A DNA stretch of 35,080 nt from a virus (IMGVR_UViG_3300050330_000073:1-35080), one strand, 5' to 3'. Shown: positions 9,399 through 18,126, counted from the stretch's first letter. Notes: generated by a model not told the origin, from the letters alone. A program made the numbers and translations.

Positions 9399-9761
9399 CG
9401 ATCACGTCTCAACTTCGAAGGTGAGGTTCGGCAGGCGGTTTCCGAACGGCGTGATGTAGAGCCGCTCCATCATCACGTAAGCGAGACCCCGATAGGCGGG
9501 CGTGCGGTCGGCGCCTTCGACGGCCTGGATGAGCGGGTCCGGCGTCTGCGACTCGTCCCCGAGATAGACCCGCATGTCACCAACCTTGTCGTCCTCGAAG
9601 GCATTTCCGTCGGCGAACACGCGGTTCACGGCTGCAATCGGGCCGGCGCAGAGACCGACCGCAACGTCTGCGTAATAGTGGTAGCTGACATTGGTGACGG
9701 TCGTGCCGCCACCACCGCCGCCGCCTTTGCCGCCGCCGCCGACCGTCTGCGTCTCGGTGCG
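9061..9761. repeat. 59-bp near-identical repeat pair (9061-9119 and 9703-9761) shared by the two paralogous baseplate genes
   Basis: Manual alignment gives 54/59 identity; both copies encode RTETxTVGGGGKGGGGGGGT. Confidence 0.85.
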
Positions 9762-10037
9762 GACCTCCTCGTCGAAGCCGCGCATCCAGATGACGTTGGA
9801 GGCCATCCGCCCCTTGCCGTAGAGCAGCGGGATCACGGCGCCGTAGCTCGACGACTGCACGCGCAGGTCCTGCATGCGCGCACCGTAGACGGTCTGGCTG
9901 GCGGTGCCGCCGAACAGTTGCTGGTCGACGATGCCGCCGACATAGCCCCCGACAAGCCCTCCGATCGCACCGCCAAGACCGGGCAGCAGCAGATTGCCAA
10001 GGACGTAGCCGCCGACCGTGAGGACGATCTTCGCCAC
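9402..10037 (-). CDS. Stand-alone paralogue of the megatron N-terminal domain (211 aa)
   Basis: Collinear with about the first 212 aa of 5574-9398 (YHYYADVA, DPLIQAVEG, RTPAY/FRGL, TPF/YGNR); GTG start with GGAGAG RBS; stop 3 bp before the megatron start. Confidence 0.88.
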   Translation of the reverse strand: MAKIVLTVGGYVLGNLLLPGLGGAIGGLVGGYVGGIVDQQLFGGTASQTVYGARMQDLRVQSSSYGAVIPLLYGKGRMASNVIWMRGFDEEVRTETQTVGGGGKGGGGGGGTTVTNVSYHYYADVAVGLCAGPIAAVNRVFADGNAFEDDKVGDMRVYLGDESQTPDPLIQAVEGADRTPAYRGLAYVMMERLYITPFGNRLPNLTFEVET

Positions 10038-10063
10038 GAACCGGCTCTCCCAAATCAGAACCG

Positions 10064-10088
10064 CGAACCTTTAGTCCGCCGAGGCGTT
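10064..10088 (+). promoter_or_regulatory. Candidate sigma-EcfG (general stress response) promoter for the inserted cargo
   Basis: CGAAC-N16-CGTT, one mismatch from the alphaproteobacterial GGAAC-N16/17-CGTT consensus, about 70 bp upstream of the ATG at 10161. Confidence 0.35.
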
Positions 10089-10160
10089 GAGAATAGGCGT
10101 GATCTGTCAGTCCGCGCCGAACTGGCAGCAGACCGCGCCCCACTTATCGAGAACGGCAAG

Positions 10161-10902
10161 ATGGAAGCTCCGGTCGCCAAACAGGCCAAGCTCTACCGAA
10201 TGGTGACCGACCAGCACGTTTGCCCATTTGGCCTCAAATCGCGCGATTTGCTCGAACGAGAGGGCTTCGCGGTCGACGATCATCTGCTCAGGACACGCGC
10301 CGAGACCGATCCGTTCATGGCCGAGCATCATGTGAAGACGACGCCGCAGACGTTCATTGCAGGTCAACGCGTCGGTGGTTACGACGATCTCCGGCGCTAC
10401 TTCGGTAAGGCCGTCCGAGAATCCAACACGGTCAGCTATCAGCCGGTCGTCACGGTATTTGGGGTGGCCGCCTCGATGGCAGGGGCCGCGAGTTGGGGAA
10501 CCTTTGGCGAAATCTTCACGGTTCGAGCCGCCGAATGGTTCATTGCATTCAGTATGTGCATCCTTGCCATCCTGAAGCTGCGCGACCTCGAGAGCTTCTC
10601 CAATGTTTCTAGGTTACGACCTGCTTGCACAGCGGGTAGTGCGCTACGCCTATGTCTCTCCCTTTGCCGAAGCGCTAGCCGGCGTCCTGATGATCGCCGG
10701 CGCCCTGATGTGGCTTGCCATCCCCACGGCGCTCTTCATCGGCGGCATTGGCGCAATCTCGGTTTTCAAAGCGGTGTACATCGATAAGCGCGAGCTCAAG
10801 TGCGCCTGCGTCGGTGGCGACAGCAATGTCCCGCTCGGTTTTATTTCACTAACCGAGAACCTGATGATGGTCGCGATGGCGATTTGGATGCTTGTGAAAT
10901 GA
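10161..10902 (+). pseudogene. Glutaredoxin-MauE/DoxX-family redox membrane protein, frameshifted near 10602
   Basis: 5' part MEAP...LYRM...HVCPFGLK...TTPQTF...GGYDDL...ESFSN. The 3' part is in another frame: MFLGYDLLA...KRELKCACVGG. Adding 2 nt (AATG to AATATG) restores ESFSNMFLGYDLLA. Confidence 0.8.
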
Positions 10903-10921
10903 TCCAAGAGAGGAACAAGTA

Positions 10922-11431
10922 ATGTCCTACGCCCGCTTTGCGGCGATGATCGCCACTTCGACCGTGGTCATGTTCGGTCTGATGTATCTCAACACATTTG
11001 CGCTCGATCACGTTTTTTACAGCCAGACTCGAACCTGGATGGCGCTGCTGATGGGCACCGTCATGGCCATCATCATGCTTGGTTTCATGTGGTCCATGTA
11101 CAATGACAAACGCGTCAATGCATCCATCATTGCCGGAAGCGTGGTCGTCTTCGCGGCTTCACTGTGGCTCGTCCGCAGTCAGCAGACGGTGTCCGACGTG
11201 AGCTATATGAAAGCGATGATCCCGCACCACTCGATCGCGATCATGACGAGCGAGCGCGCCCATATCCGAGACAAACGCGTGCGCGAACTTGCCGACAAGA
11301 TTATCGAAGCGCAGGTTCGAGAAATCGGCGAGATGAAATCGCTGATTACCGACCTGGAACGAAATCCCCCGCCGGCCAATGCGCCTGACCTCTTGTCTTA
11401 TCGCCAGCGCGGCGCTCCTGCGCCGAAGTGA
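10922..11431 (+). CDS. DUF305 (ferritin-like, putative metal-binding) membrane protein
   Basis: Met-rich TM N-terminus, YMKAMIPHHSIAI and IIEAQVREIGEM motifs, GAGGA RBS. Confidence 0.85.
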   Translation: MSYARFAAMIATSTVVMFGLMYLNTFALDHVFYSQTRTWMALLMGTVMAIIMLGFMWSMYNDKRVNASIIAGSVVVFAASLWLVRSQQTVSDVSYMKAMIPHHSIAIMTSERAHIRDKRVRELADKIIEAQVREIGEMKSLITDLERNPPPANAPDLLSYRQRGAPAPK

Positions 11432-11435
11432 CCTT

Positions 11436-11870
11436 TCACGTGAGAAGGAGGCTCGGAATTCGGAACGCATGGCGGAGCTTCGCTCGCCACCAGGGTGAGA
11501 AACCGTGTTCGACCACTTTGCCGGCTTCACGGTAGCAGTGGATCAGGCCGCCACCCGGTGCGACATAGGCACAGTGATGCGCCGGTCCTTTGCCGACGCC
11601 GAACAGCAGGATGTCACCGGGCAGAGCGTTGGCCGGTTCGATCTCCTCGCAACGCTCCTTGAAGCCGAGATACATGCGAGGCTCGGCGCGATAGAGGTGC
11701 CAGGTCTCCGGGTAATCCAGCGGAATCGCGATCTCCCCGACAAACGGCTGGGCGACGCCGCGGATGAAGCCAATGCAGTCGCAGCCGACTCCTTTTAGCG
11801 ATGCCTGATGGTGCCACGGCGTGCCGAGCCAGCTCCGCGCCTCGGCGATCACTGCGTCCCGGGTGAACAT
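11436..11870 (-). CDS. NlpC/P60 phage cell-wall peptidase (TIGR02219, RcGTA g14-like)
   Basis: ARSWLGTPWHHQAS.KGVGCDCIG, PGDILLF, HCA and LIH motifs; the ATG at 11870 overlaps the upstream TGA (TGATG). Confidence 0.9.
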   Translation of the reverse strand: MFTRDAVIAEARSWLGTPWHHQASLKGVGCDCIGFIRGVAQPFVGEIAIPLDYPETWHLYRAEPRMYLGFKERCEEIEPANALPGDILLFGVGKGPAHHCAYVAPGGGLIHCYREAGKVVEHGFSPWWRAKLRHAFRIPSLLLT

Positions 11871-12709
11871 CAGCCCTTGATCGGATAGGAAAAGACTTTG
11901 TCGTTGCCGGGGATGTGTGGCTCGCCGCGGAAATTCAGGATGTTGCCGAACCGGGCGTGACAAGTCTCAGGAGTCTTGTCGCAGCCCGCGACAAGACGGA
12001 CCTGGTCGTCGACGGCGATCGGGCGCGGCATCGGCGTGAACAGCCGGATCGATTGTCCATTGTGCTGGAGCACTTCGGTCGCGGCGCCAGCGTTCGCGCC
12101 GGTCAGGAAGGTGCAGACGCCGAAGGTGTAGAAGCCCGTCGGCCGCGCAGTCGGGACCGTGAAAGTATCGCCGCTCGATACCGCCGAAATCGCGAGCTCG
12201 TCGGTCAACGGTCCGAGCACGACCTTGCACTCGGCGCTGCCGAGGTCGGTGCGGCAGAGCCGCGAATAGAGCTTGCCCGCGACCTGCTGAAGCCGGTTCG
12301 CGATGCCGCGGATTTCTGCGGAGAAGCGGTTGTCGGCGCGCTTGACTTCGCCGAGCCAGCCGCGACGAAGGAGAACGCGCCCTTGCGACAGGTCCGCCCA
12401 GTTGACGAGGAAGATGTCGATCCTGGCGCCATCGAAGAGGCCGGCGGTCAGGTCTTCGGCCTTGAGCGCGTCGTCATCGAGGAATCCATCGACATCGAGG
12501 TTGTCGACCGAGAGGTCCGAGCCGGACTTGATGGCGCTCGGCAGGAACCCGGTCGCGGCGACATAGGTCACGCTATCGATGACGAGGTTGCGGTCATGAT
12601 CGGTGAAGCCACGCACCCAGTCGTCCGTGCGTTCGAGCCGCCAGCAGGTCGCAAGCGTCGTCACCTCGCCTGCGAGATGAGTGGCGAGGGCTGCAGAGAC
12701 GCTTTTCAT
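11870..12709 (-). CDS. Baseplate hub protein DUF2163/TIGR02218 (RcGTA g13-like)
   Basis: TTLATCW, GFTDHD, CRTDLGSAEC and AGCDKTPETCHARFGNILNFRGEPHIPG motifs with conserved Cys. Confidence 0.92.
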   Translation of the reverse strand: MKSVSAALATHLAGEVTTLATCWRLERTDDWVRGFTDHDRNLVIDSVTYVAATGFLPSAIKSGSDLSVDNLDVDGFLDDDALKAEDLTAGLFDGARIDIFLVNWADLSQGRVLLRRGWLGEVKRADNRFSAEIRGIANRLQQVAGKLYSRLCRTDLGSAECKVVLGPLTDELAISAVSSGDTFTVPTARPTGFYTFGVCTFLTGANAGAATEVLQHNGQSIRLFTPMPRPIAVDDQVRLVAGCDKTPETCHARFGNILNFRGEPHIPGNDKVFSYPIKG

Positions 12710-12785
12710 GAGCTATATTCTGTCCCTACAAGTTTGCGCGTCCGCGGGCAAAGTCGCGCCCCAAGCCGAAAGCGAGAACGTTCCG

Positions 12786-13751
12786 ATGCACAGCAATTCC
12801 ATTGACCGCTGGCAACACGAGCACAGGTTCCTTGGCGAGAGGCATCATCACCATGAACGCCGCACCTGGTTCGTGGTCGCCCTGGCAGCCCTGATGATGG
12901 TTGTCGAAATCGTCGCCGGCACAATCTTTGGCTCGATGGCGCTGGTCGCGGACGGCTGGCACATGTCGACGCATGTGACCGCGCTTGCGATTACGGCGCT
13001 CGCCTATGGGTTTGCGCGCAGGCACGCACACGACGTGCGCTTCTCATTCGGGACCGGCAAGTTGGGCGAGCTGGCCGGGTTCTCAAGCGCGATTATCCTC
13101 GCACTGGTGGCGCTGTTCATCGGATACGAGTCCGTGGGCCGGCTGTTTGCACCCGTGCCAATCCGGTTCGAGGAAGCGACTCTCGTGGCGGTGATCGGTC
13201 TTGCGGTGAACCTCGTCAGCGCGTGGCTGCTTTTCGACAGGAGCCACCATCATGCCCATGACGATCACGATGACGAGCGTGATCGTTTGCACGACCACCA
13301 ACACTCGCACGACACCAACATTCGGTCCGCCTATCTGCATGTCCTTGCGGACGCGCTGACCTCGGTACTCGCGATCGTGGCGCTGCTCTCGGGCCGCTTC
13401 TTCGGCTGGGCTTGGCTCGACCCAGTAATGGGAGTTGTCGGTGCGGTCGTGATCGCGTCCTGGTCCGTGGGACTTATCCGATCCGCCGGAGCGGTACTGC
13501 TCGATACAGTGCCAAGTCAGAAACTAATGCGGATGGCGCGCGAACGGCTCGAAACCGGAGGCGACCGCGTTTCAGATCTCCACCTATGGCGTCTCGGGCC
13601 CGGACATCTTGGAGTGATTGCGTCCGTTATCACCGATCACCCTGAGCCTCCGGCAGCCTACAAAGAGCGGCTGGCAGAGATTGAAGGGCTGTCGCACATC
13701 ACAGTCGAGGTCCATTGTTGCCCAGATCACAAGCGCGCCGCTGCGGCGTAG
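12786..13751 (+). CDS. dmeF: Cation diffusion facilitator, DmeF-like Co(II)/Ni(II) efflux transporter
   Basis: H.H.FLG..H...ERRT N-terminus, GSMALVADGWHMSTH, FSFGTGK, His-rich loop, NIRSAYLHVLADALTS, DLHLW, SHITVEV. Start taken at ATG 12786. Confidence 0.85.
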   Translation: MHSNSIDRWQHEHRFLGERHHHHERRTWFVVALAALMMVVEIVAGTIFGSMALVADGWHMSTHVTALAITALAYGFARRHAHDVRFSFGTGKLGELAGFSSAIILALVALFIGYESVGRLFAPVPIRFEEATLVAVIGLAVNLVSAWLLFDRSHHHAHDDHDDERDRLHDHQHSHDTNIRSAYLHVLADALTSVLAIVALLSGRFFGWAWLDPVMGVVGAVVIASWSVGLIRSAGAVLLDTVPSQKLMRMARERLETGGDRVSDLHLWRLGPGHLGVIASVITDHPEPPAAYKERLAEIEGLSHITVEVHCCPDHKRAAAA

Positions 13752-13769
13752 TCATACTCGCACGCGCGC

Positions 13770-14357
13770 TTACGCTCGGATTTCCACCAGCGCGATCGAG
13801 GAGACCTGCTGGATGTGATAGGCGACCGCGACCACCGGCAGGTGATCGGTGTCGAAGCGAACCGGCACGTCGAACAGGAAGTCCGCATAGGGCTGCGCCG
13901 CGGGCGTCGATGTGAAGGTGACAAGGCCGGTCAGTTCGTCGACATCGACGGACACCGGGTTGCCGTTCACGCGAACGACCACAGTCCCGGCCTCGGGCTT
14001 GGTAATGCTGCGCTGCTCGGCGGTTGGCCCGGAGTCGTACTGTTTCGTAAGCTGCCACACCAGCGGATCGGCCGTCGCCGCGAGCGGCTGTGCCTCCGCT
14101 TCAAAATCATTCCAGTCCCGGAAGCGGAAGCCGTAAGCGCGTCCCTTGCGCGCGCGAAAGAAGGCAATCACCTCGGCCATCTGTTCGCGGGTACGGATGC
14201 CGGTCGAGATGTCGTACTTGGCGCGCGCCGCCGACCAGTTGATGTTGCGCTGCTCGAAGCCGGAGGCGACCGCGATGATGTCAGTCGAGAACTCCGGGCC
14301 GCCGGTTGCGCCGCGCGCCACTGCGTCGGGGAAACGCACGTCATGGAATCCGGTCAC
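13770..14357 (-). CDS. Distal tail protein DUF2460/TIGR02217 (RcGTA g12-like)
   Basis: FHDVRFP, GGPEFST, SGFEQRN, FFRARKGRAYGFRFRDW, FDVPVRFDTD; GTGA overlap with the tape measure stop. Confidence 0.92.
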   Translation of the reverse strand: MTGFHDVRFPDAVARGATGGPEFSTDIIAVASGFEQRNINWSAARAKYDISTGIRTREQMAEVIAFFRARKGRAYGFRFRDWNDFEAEAQPLAATADPLVWQLTKQYDSGPTAEQRSITKPEAGTVVVRVNGNPVSVDVDELTGLVTFTSTPAAQPYADFLFDVPVRFDTDHLPVVAVAYHIQQVSSIALVEIRA

Positions 14358-17300
14358 AGGTTGCGCTCCGCGCGCCGCAGCGCCGCAGCCATGTCGGCGG
14401 TGATCTGGCTCTGCGCCCGCCGGAACGATGCGGCGTCCGGCGTCGTGACCGCGAAGTTGAGGACGATCGGTGCAGCCTTGTCACCGCGCTGGTAGGACGC
14501 GGCCTCGGTGCGATTGAGCACGCGCTCGCCGCGCTGGAGGATTGCCGGCACTTCGTCGGGCGAAAGGAACGCGCCGTCATGCAGGCGCGGCGCATTCCGG
14601 AAGACGTGCGCCGGCGCCCAGTGCGGTGTCCCGCCCGCCCCGACGACGCCGCCCTCGTGGAACTTGAAGCCGAACAGGCCTCCGAAGAGGCCGCCGACAT
14701 TGTTGAGCGTCGTCAGGTTCGTCCCGAACAGGAAGTTCTTGAGCGGGTTGAGAACCGCGAGCTTGAGGATTTCCTTCTCGATGTCGGCGAGTGCCGCGCG
14801 TCCGGCGTCCGCCCAGGACTTCCAGTCTGTCTTGCCCTGCGCGATCAGGGTCGCAAAGTGGTTGAAGGTCGTGTCGGTCATGCTCTGCAGAGACTGCATC
14901 GCGCCCTGCGAGCGAGCGAGTTCCTGGTTGAGGCGTTCGATGAAGCCGGCATTGGCGAGGATCGCCTGGCCTTCGGCGCTCGCAAGCTCGATGCCCTTCT
15001 GGCGCAGCTGCTGCTCGGCCTGCAGCTGCGCAATGATGATCGCCCGCTGCGACTCGCCCTGGCCGGTCAATTCGATCTGCTTCTGCAGCAGCTCGATCTG
15101 GTTCTTCTGGCCTTCAAGCGTCTGGAGCGCCGCGGCACGAGCCTGTTCCCCGTGCAGCCGCGCATAGGCTCCGCGCAGCGCATCGATGACGCGCGCGAGC
15201 GTGCCCTTTGCGTCTCCCTCGGCAAGCGCCTGCGCGATGATCAGCGGACGAAGCGCCTGCTCGACCTGCATCAGGCGCTGCGCCTGCTCGCTTGAGATCG
15301 TGCCGGCCGCGACCGCATCGTTGAGCTTGCGCTGCGCGGCGGCTTCGGCTGTCAGATCGGTCGCGGACTTCGCCGATTGCGCGGCTTGCTCCGCGATCTG
15401 CTCGCGCAGGAGCTCACGCGCTCGGGTCTCGACATCGACGCCGTTCTGCACGGCTTCGGTCAGAGCCTTACGGCGGACCTCCGCCTGCTGGGCGGCGGTG
15501 GCTCCTTTCAGCCAGGCATCGGCCAGACCAAGCGTCGCCTTGGTATTGACCTCGACCACGCGCGACTGGTCGATGTGCGCCTGCGTCGCCTCGGCGCGCG
15601 CCTTGGTGCCGGCTCGCGTGATGTCGGCTTCGGCAATGGCAACCGGGATCGCCTGTCCGGCAAGCTCAAGCCGCCGCCTTTCCTCAGCGATGGTAGCCTT
15701 CTGCGCCGGGGTCTTGGCCTGGAGGGCCTGGATTTCGAGTTCATCAAGGCGGCGGGCTTTCTCGGCGGGATCGAGCCAGCTGCGGATCGCCCGCGTGACG
15801 GCGTCATAAGCGGTCTCGACCTGCTTGAGATCGGCAACCTTCTGTCGAATGAGCGGGTCGTCGAGCGCGGAGCGGAGTTGCGCCTGGCGGGCCTTGAGCG
15901 TCTGCAGCTCTTCGAAGCCGGGCGTGAGGTCGCGGGCAACCGTGCCGGCGCGGACCGAGAGCTCGTTGGCCTTCGCGTCCTTGGCCCGGACTTCAATGTT
16001 GGCGAGCTTCGCCTCGATCTTGGCGATCTCGGCGTCGACCTCGGCCAGCATCCGCGTGTTGAAGTTGCGGGCCTGGGCGGCAAAGCGGGTCGGCGGGTTC
16101 TCGATCAGCGTCTGCAGGCGCGCGCGCTCCTGCTGAAGCTCCTTCAGCCGCTGTTCGATCGGTGCTCCGTCGAGCACGCGCGAGATCGCCCGGCCCATGG
16201 CGTCGTAGGCGTTCGACGCCATCCGCCCGACGAAGTCCCACGCGCGGCCGAGCGCGGTGGTCGCTTCTGCGGCGTTGACGAGGCTGCCCTTGAGCGCATC
16301 GAGCAGAACGCGCTGGGCTCCCGTGAGATCGTTGTGGTCGGCGAGCGTGCGGACATACTGCCGCGTCCGGTCGTCCAGAAAATTGAGCTTGTCGTTGAGC
16401 GCGTCGGCGCCCCGGACCGGGTCGGCGAAGGCGCCGGCCAGCTCCTTGGTCGCGGTCGCGACATCCGTGCCGGTGGTCGCGGCGTAATTTTTGACGACCT
16501 TGATCAGGCCTTCGAAGTTCGTGACCGCGATCTTGCCGGTCCGCAGGAACGCGGCCTCCATCTCGCGCGCGGCGGCGACCGAGATGTTGCCGGCCGAGGC
16601 CGACTGCTCCGCGATGCGCTCGATCTGGCCGACGGTCGCGCCCGCAGCCCTGCCGGTGCCGGCAAGCGCAACCTCGAGCTCCTTCTGCGACTCGATGTAG
16701 CGGTAGTAGGAATAGCCGACCGCGGCGCCAAGCGCCGCGATGCCGATCACGACCGCGGTCGTGGGCGTGATCAGGCTGGTGAGGCCCTGCCAGACCCCGC
16801 GCAGGATGCCGCTCACGCCCGCGCCCGGGCCGAAGATCTGCGCGATCTGCGAGCCCTGCTGCATCAGCACCATCAGCGGGCGCTGGCCGCTCGCGAGCGA
16901 GACGACCACGTCGTTGAGCTGGTAGCTGAGATTGACGAGCTGGTTGGACGTCAGCTTGCCCGCCGCGCCGATCGCTCCAAGCGCCCTGGCCGTGCCATCG
17001 AAGCGGGCTTGCGCCAAGCCATGCGCAGCTGCTTGCTCCGCGGCGGTAATCGCGCCGGCCTTGAATAGGCTGTTCGCTTCCGCGATCTCGGCATTGAGCC
17101 TGGCCTGTGCAGTGCCGAGCGGATCGATCTGCGCGCGGAGCGCCGCGGTGCGAGCAGCAAGGTCTTCGGCAGCCCTGGCCGACTCCTCAAAGACGGCCGC
17201 GGACTCGCGCGCAGATTTCGGGGACGTCCCGACCCCGAGGACCGAATTGAAGTTGCGTTGCGCCTGGTCGGCAGCGCCGGCTTGCCGTGCCGCCTCCGCC

Positions 17301-17470
17301 AGGCGCTGCAGACGCTGGGCCTGCCGGTCTGTGGCGGCGCCCGTCGCATCCATGCTGGATGCGACGCCGCGGAACGCATCCTGCCCTGCCTTGCCGACCT
17401 CGTCGAATGCGCGCTTGACGTCCGCCTTGCCCTCGACGCCGAGGCGGATCGAGACCTGCGTCGTGCTCAT
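14354..17470 (-). CDS. Tail tape measure protein (1038 aa)
   Basis: Ala/Gln-rich helical protein with lambda-H-like NLSYQLNDVVVSLASGQ.P..VLMQQGSQI and C-terminal FHEGG...EVPAILQRGERVL; lies between chaperones and Dit. Confidence 0.92.
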   Translation of the reverse strand: MSTTQVSIRLGVEGKADVKRAFDEVGKAGQDAFRGVASSMDATGAATDRQAQRLQRLAEAARQAGAADQAQRNFNSVLGVGTSPKSARESAAVFEESARAAEDLAARTAALRAQIDPLGTAQARLNAEIAEANSLFKAGAITAAEQAAAHGLAQARFDGTARALGAIGAAGKLTSNQLVNLSYQLNDVVVSLASGQRPLMVLMQQGSQIAQIFGPGAGVSGILRGVWQGLTSLITPTTAVVIGIAALGAAVGYSYYRYIESQKELEVALAGTGRAAGATVGQIERIAEQSASAGNISVAAAREMEAAFLRTGKIAVTNFEGLIKVVKNYAATTGTDVATATKELAGAFADPVRGADALNDKLNFLDDRTRQYVRTLADHNDLTGAQRVLLDALKGSLVNAAEATTALGRAWDFVGRMASNAYDAMGRAISRVLDGAPIEQRLKELQQERARLQTLIENPPTRFAAQARNFNTRMLAEVDAEIAKIEAKLANIEVRAKDAKANELSVRAGTVARDLTPGFEELQTLKARQAQLRSALDDPLIRQKVADLKQVETAYDAVTRAIRSWLDPAEKARRLDELEIQALQAKTPAQKATIAEERRRLELAGQAIPVAIAEADITRAGTKARAEATQAHIDQSRVVEVNTKATLGLADAWLKGATAAQQAEVRRKALTEAVQNGVDVETRARELLREQIAEQAAQSAKSATDLTAEAAAQRKLNDAVAAGTISSEQAQRLMQVEQALRPLIIAQALAEGDAKGTLARVIDALRGAYARLHGEQARAAALQTLEGQKNQIELLQKQIELTGQGESQRAIIIAQLQAEQQLRQKGIELASAEGQAILANAGFIERLNQELARSQGAMQSLQSMTDTTFNHFATLIAQGKTDWKSWADAGRAALADIEKEILKLAVLNPLKNFLFGTNLTTLNNVGGLFGGLFGFKFHEGGVVGAGGTPHWAPAHVFRNAPRLHDGAFLSPDEVPAILQRGERVLNRTEAASYQRGDKAAPIVLNFAVTTPDAASFRRAQSQITADMAAALRRAERNL

Positions 17471-17785
17471 TCAGTCTGAGTCCCGGGCGTAGGCGCGGAC
17501 GATGATCGGTTCGATTTCGGGGAGGATGTCGACGAGCAGCGGGTTCAACGCGCCCATCGCGTCGGCGAGCAGAAGCACGGCTGCAAAGTCGAGCGCATAG
17601 ACGCCGCCCATGACGGCGCGGACCTGCCCGGCCGCCCGCTTGAGGACGCCCCACGCAACAATGCCCTCGGACGTCGCCGGGGCGTGTTCGTTGTAGGGGC
17701 ACGCTGCGCAGGTCTCGGGGCATGCTGCGCAATAGCCGTCGCCCCCGCCGAAGTGCCATTCGGCGAGGGCGATCAGACGTTTTTT
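17471..17785 (-). CDS. gpT-like C-terminal extension of the tail assembly chaperone, reached by -1 frameshift
   Basis: The -1 frame after the slippery site reads RLIALAEWHFGGGDGYCAACPETCAACPY...RDSD and stops 1 bp before the tape measure start. Confidence 0.75.
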   Translation of the reverse strand, partial: KKRLIALAEWHFGGGDGYCAACPETCAACPYNEHAPATSEGIVAWGVLKRAAGQVRAVMGGVYALDFAAVLLLADAMGALNPLLVDILPEIEPIIVRAYARDSD

Positions 17786-18126
17786 TCGGCGTCCTGGATG
17801 ATGGCCGGCCCGACATAGAGCCGGTCGATGGCATCGAACACCGGCCAGAGTTCGAGCGCGGCGTCGATCGTCTCCTTCGAGGGCTCGACCGGATTGCCGT
17901 CGGTATCGCCGATCCCCTCCCACGCGGCGATGCCGGAATGGGTGAGCGAGCGTGTGAAGGCGACGCCGGCTTTCACCATGGCGTCGTCGCCGCCGGCGCG
18001 CAGCACGTCGGCGGCGGCCGTGCGCGCCAGCAGGATGGCGGCGACCGACACCGGCCGGAACTGCACGCGGACGCCGGGCAGCATGTCGAGCCAGAACGGC
18101 TCGCGATCGAAGGCGAGTTTGAGCAT
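17773..18126 (-). CDS. Tail assembly chaperone (gpG-like)
   Basis: 117 aa between tail tube and tape measure, GAGG RBS, ends in EKNV over a slippery heptamer. Confidence 0.8.
   Translation of the reverse strand: MLKLAFDREPFWLDMLPGVRVQFRPVSVAAILLARTAAADVLRAGGDDAMVKAGVAFTRSLTHSGIAAWEGIGDTDGNPVEPSKETIDAALELWPVFDAIDRLYVGPAIIQDAEKNV
17779..17785 (-). other. Programmed -1 ribosomal frameshift slippery site A-AAA-AAC
   Basis: Minus strand GAA AAA AAC GTC TGA, an X-XXY-YYZ heptamer in the correct phase. Confidence 0.8.

Noticed and set aside
9390-10787. 465-aa plus-strand ORF as one protein
   Set aside because: Its first ~257 codons are antisense to the short baseplate gene. The credible coding part begins at ATG 10161 and leaves frame near 10602.
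10038-13769. IS elements or integron cassettes as the source of the inserts
   Set aside because: No transposase, terminal inverted repeats, target-site duplications or attC-like structures found by eye at the four junctions.
5574-14357. Calling the cluster an RcGTA-like gene transfer agent
   Set aside because: Only the baseplate is GTA-like. The head and terminase are lambda-type, the tape measure is 1038 aa, and a cos-like site, methyltransferases and a linked lysis cassette are present.
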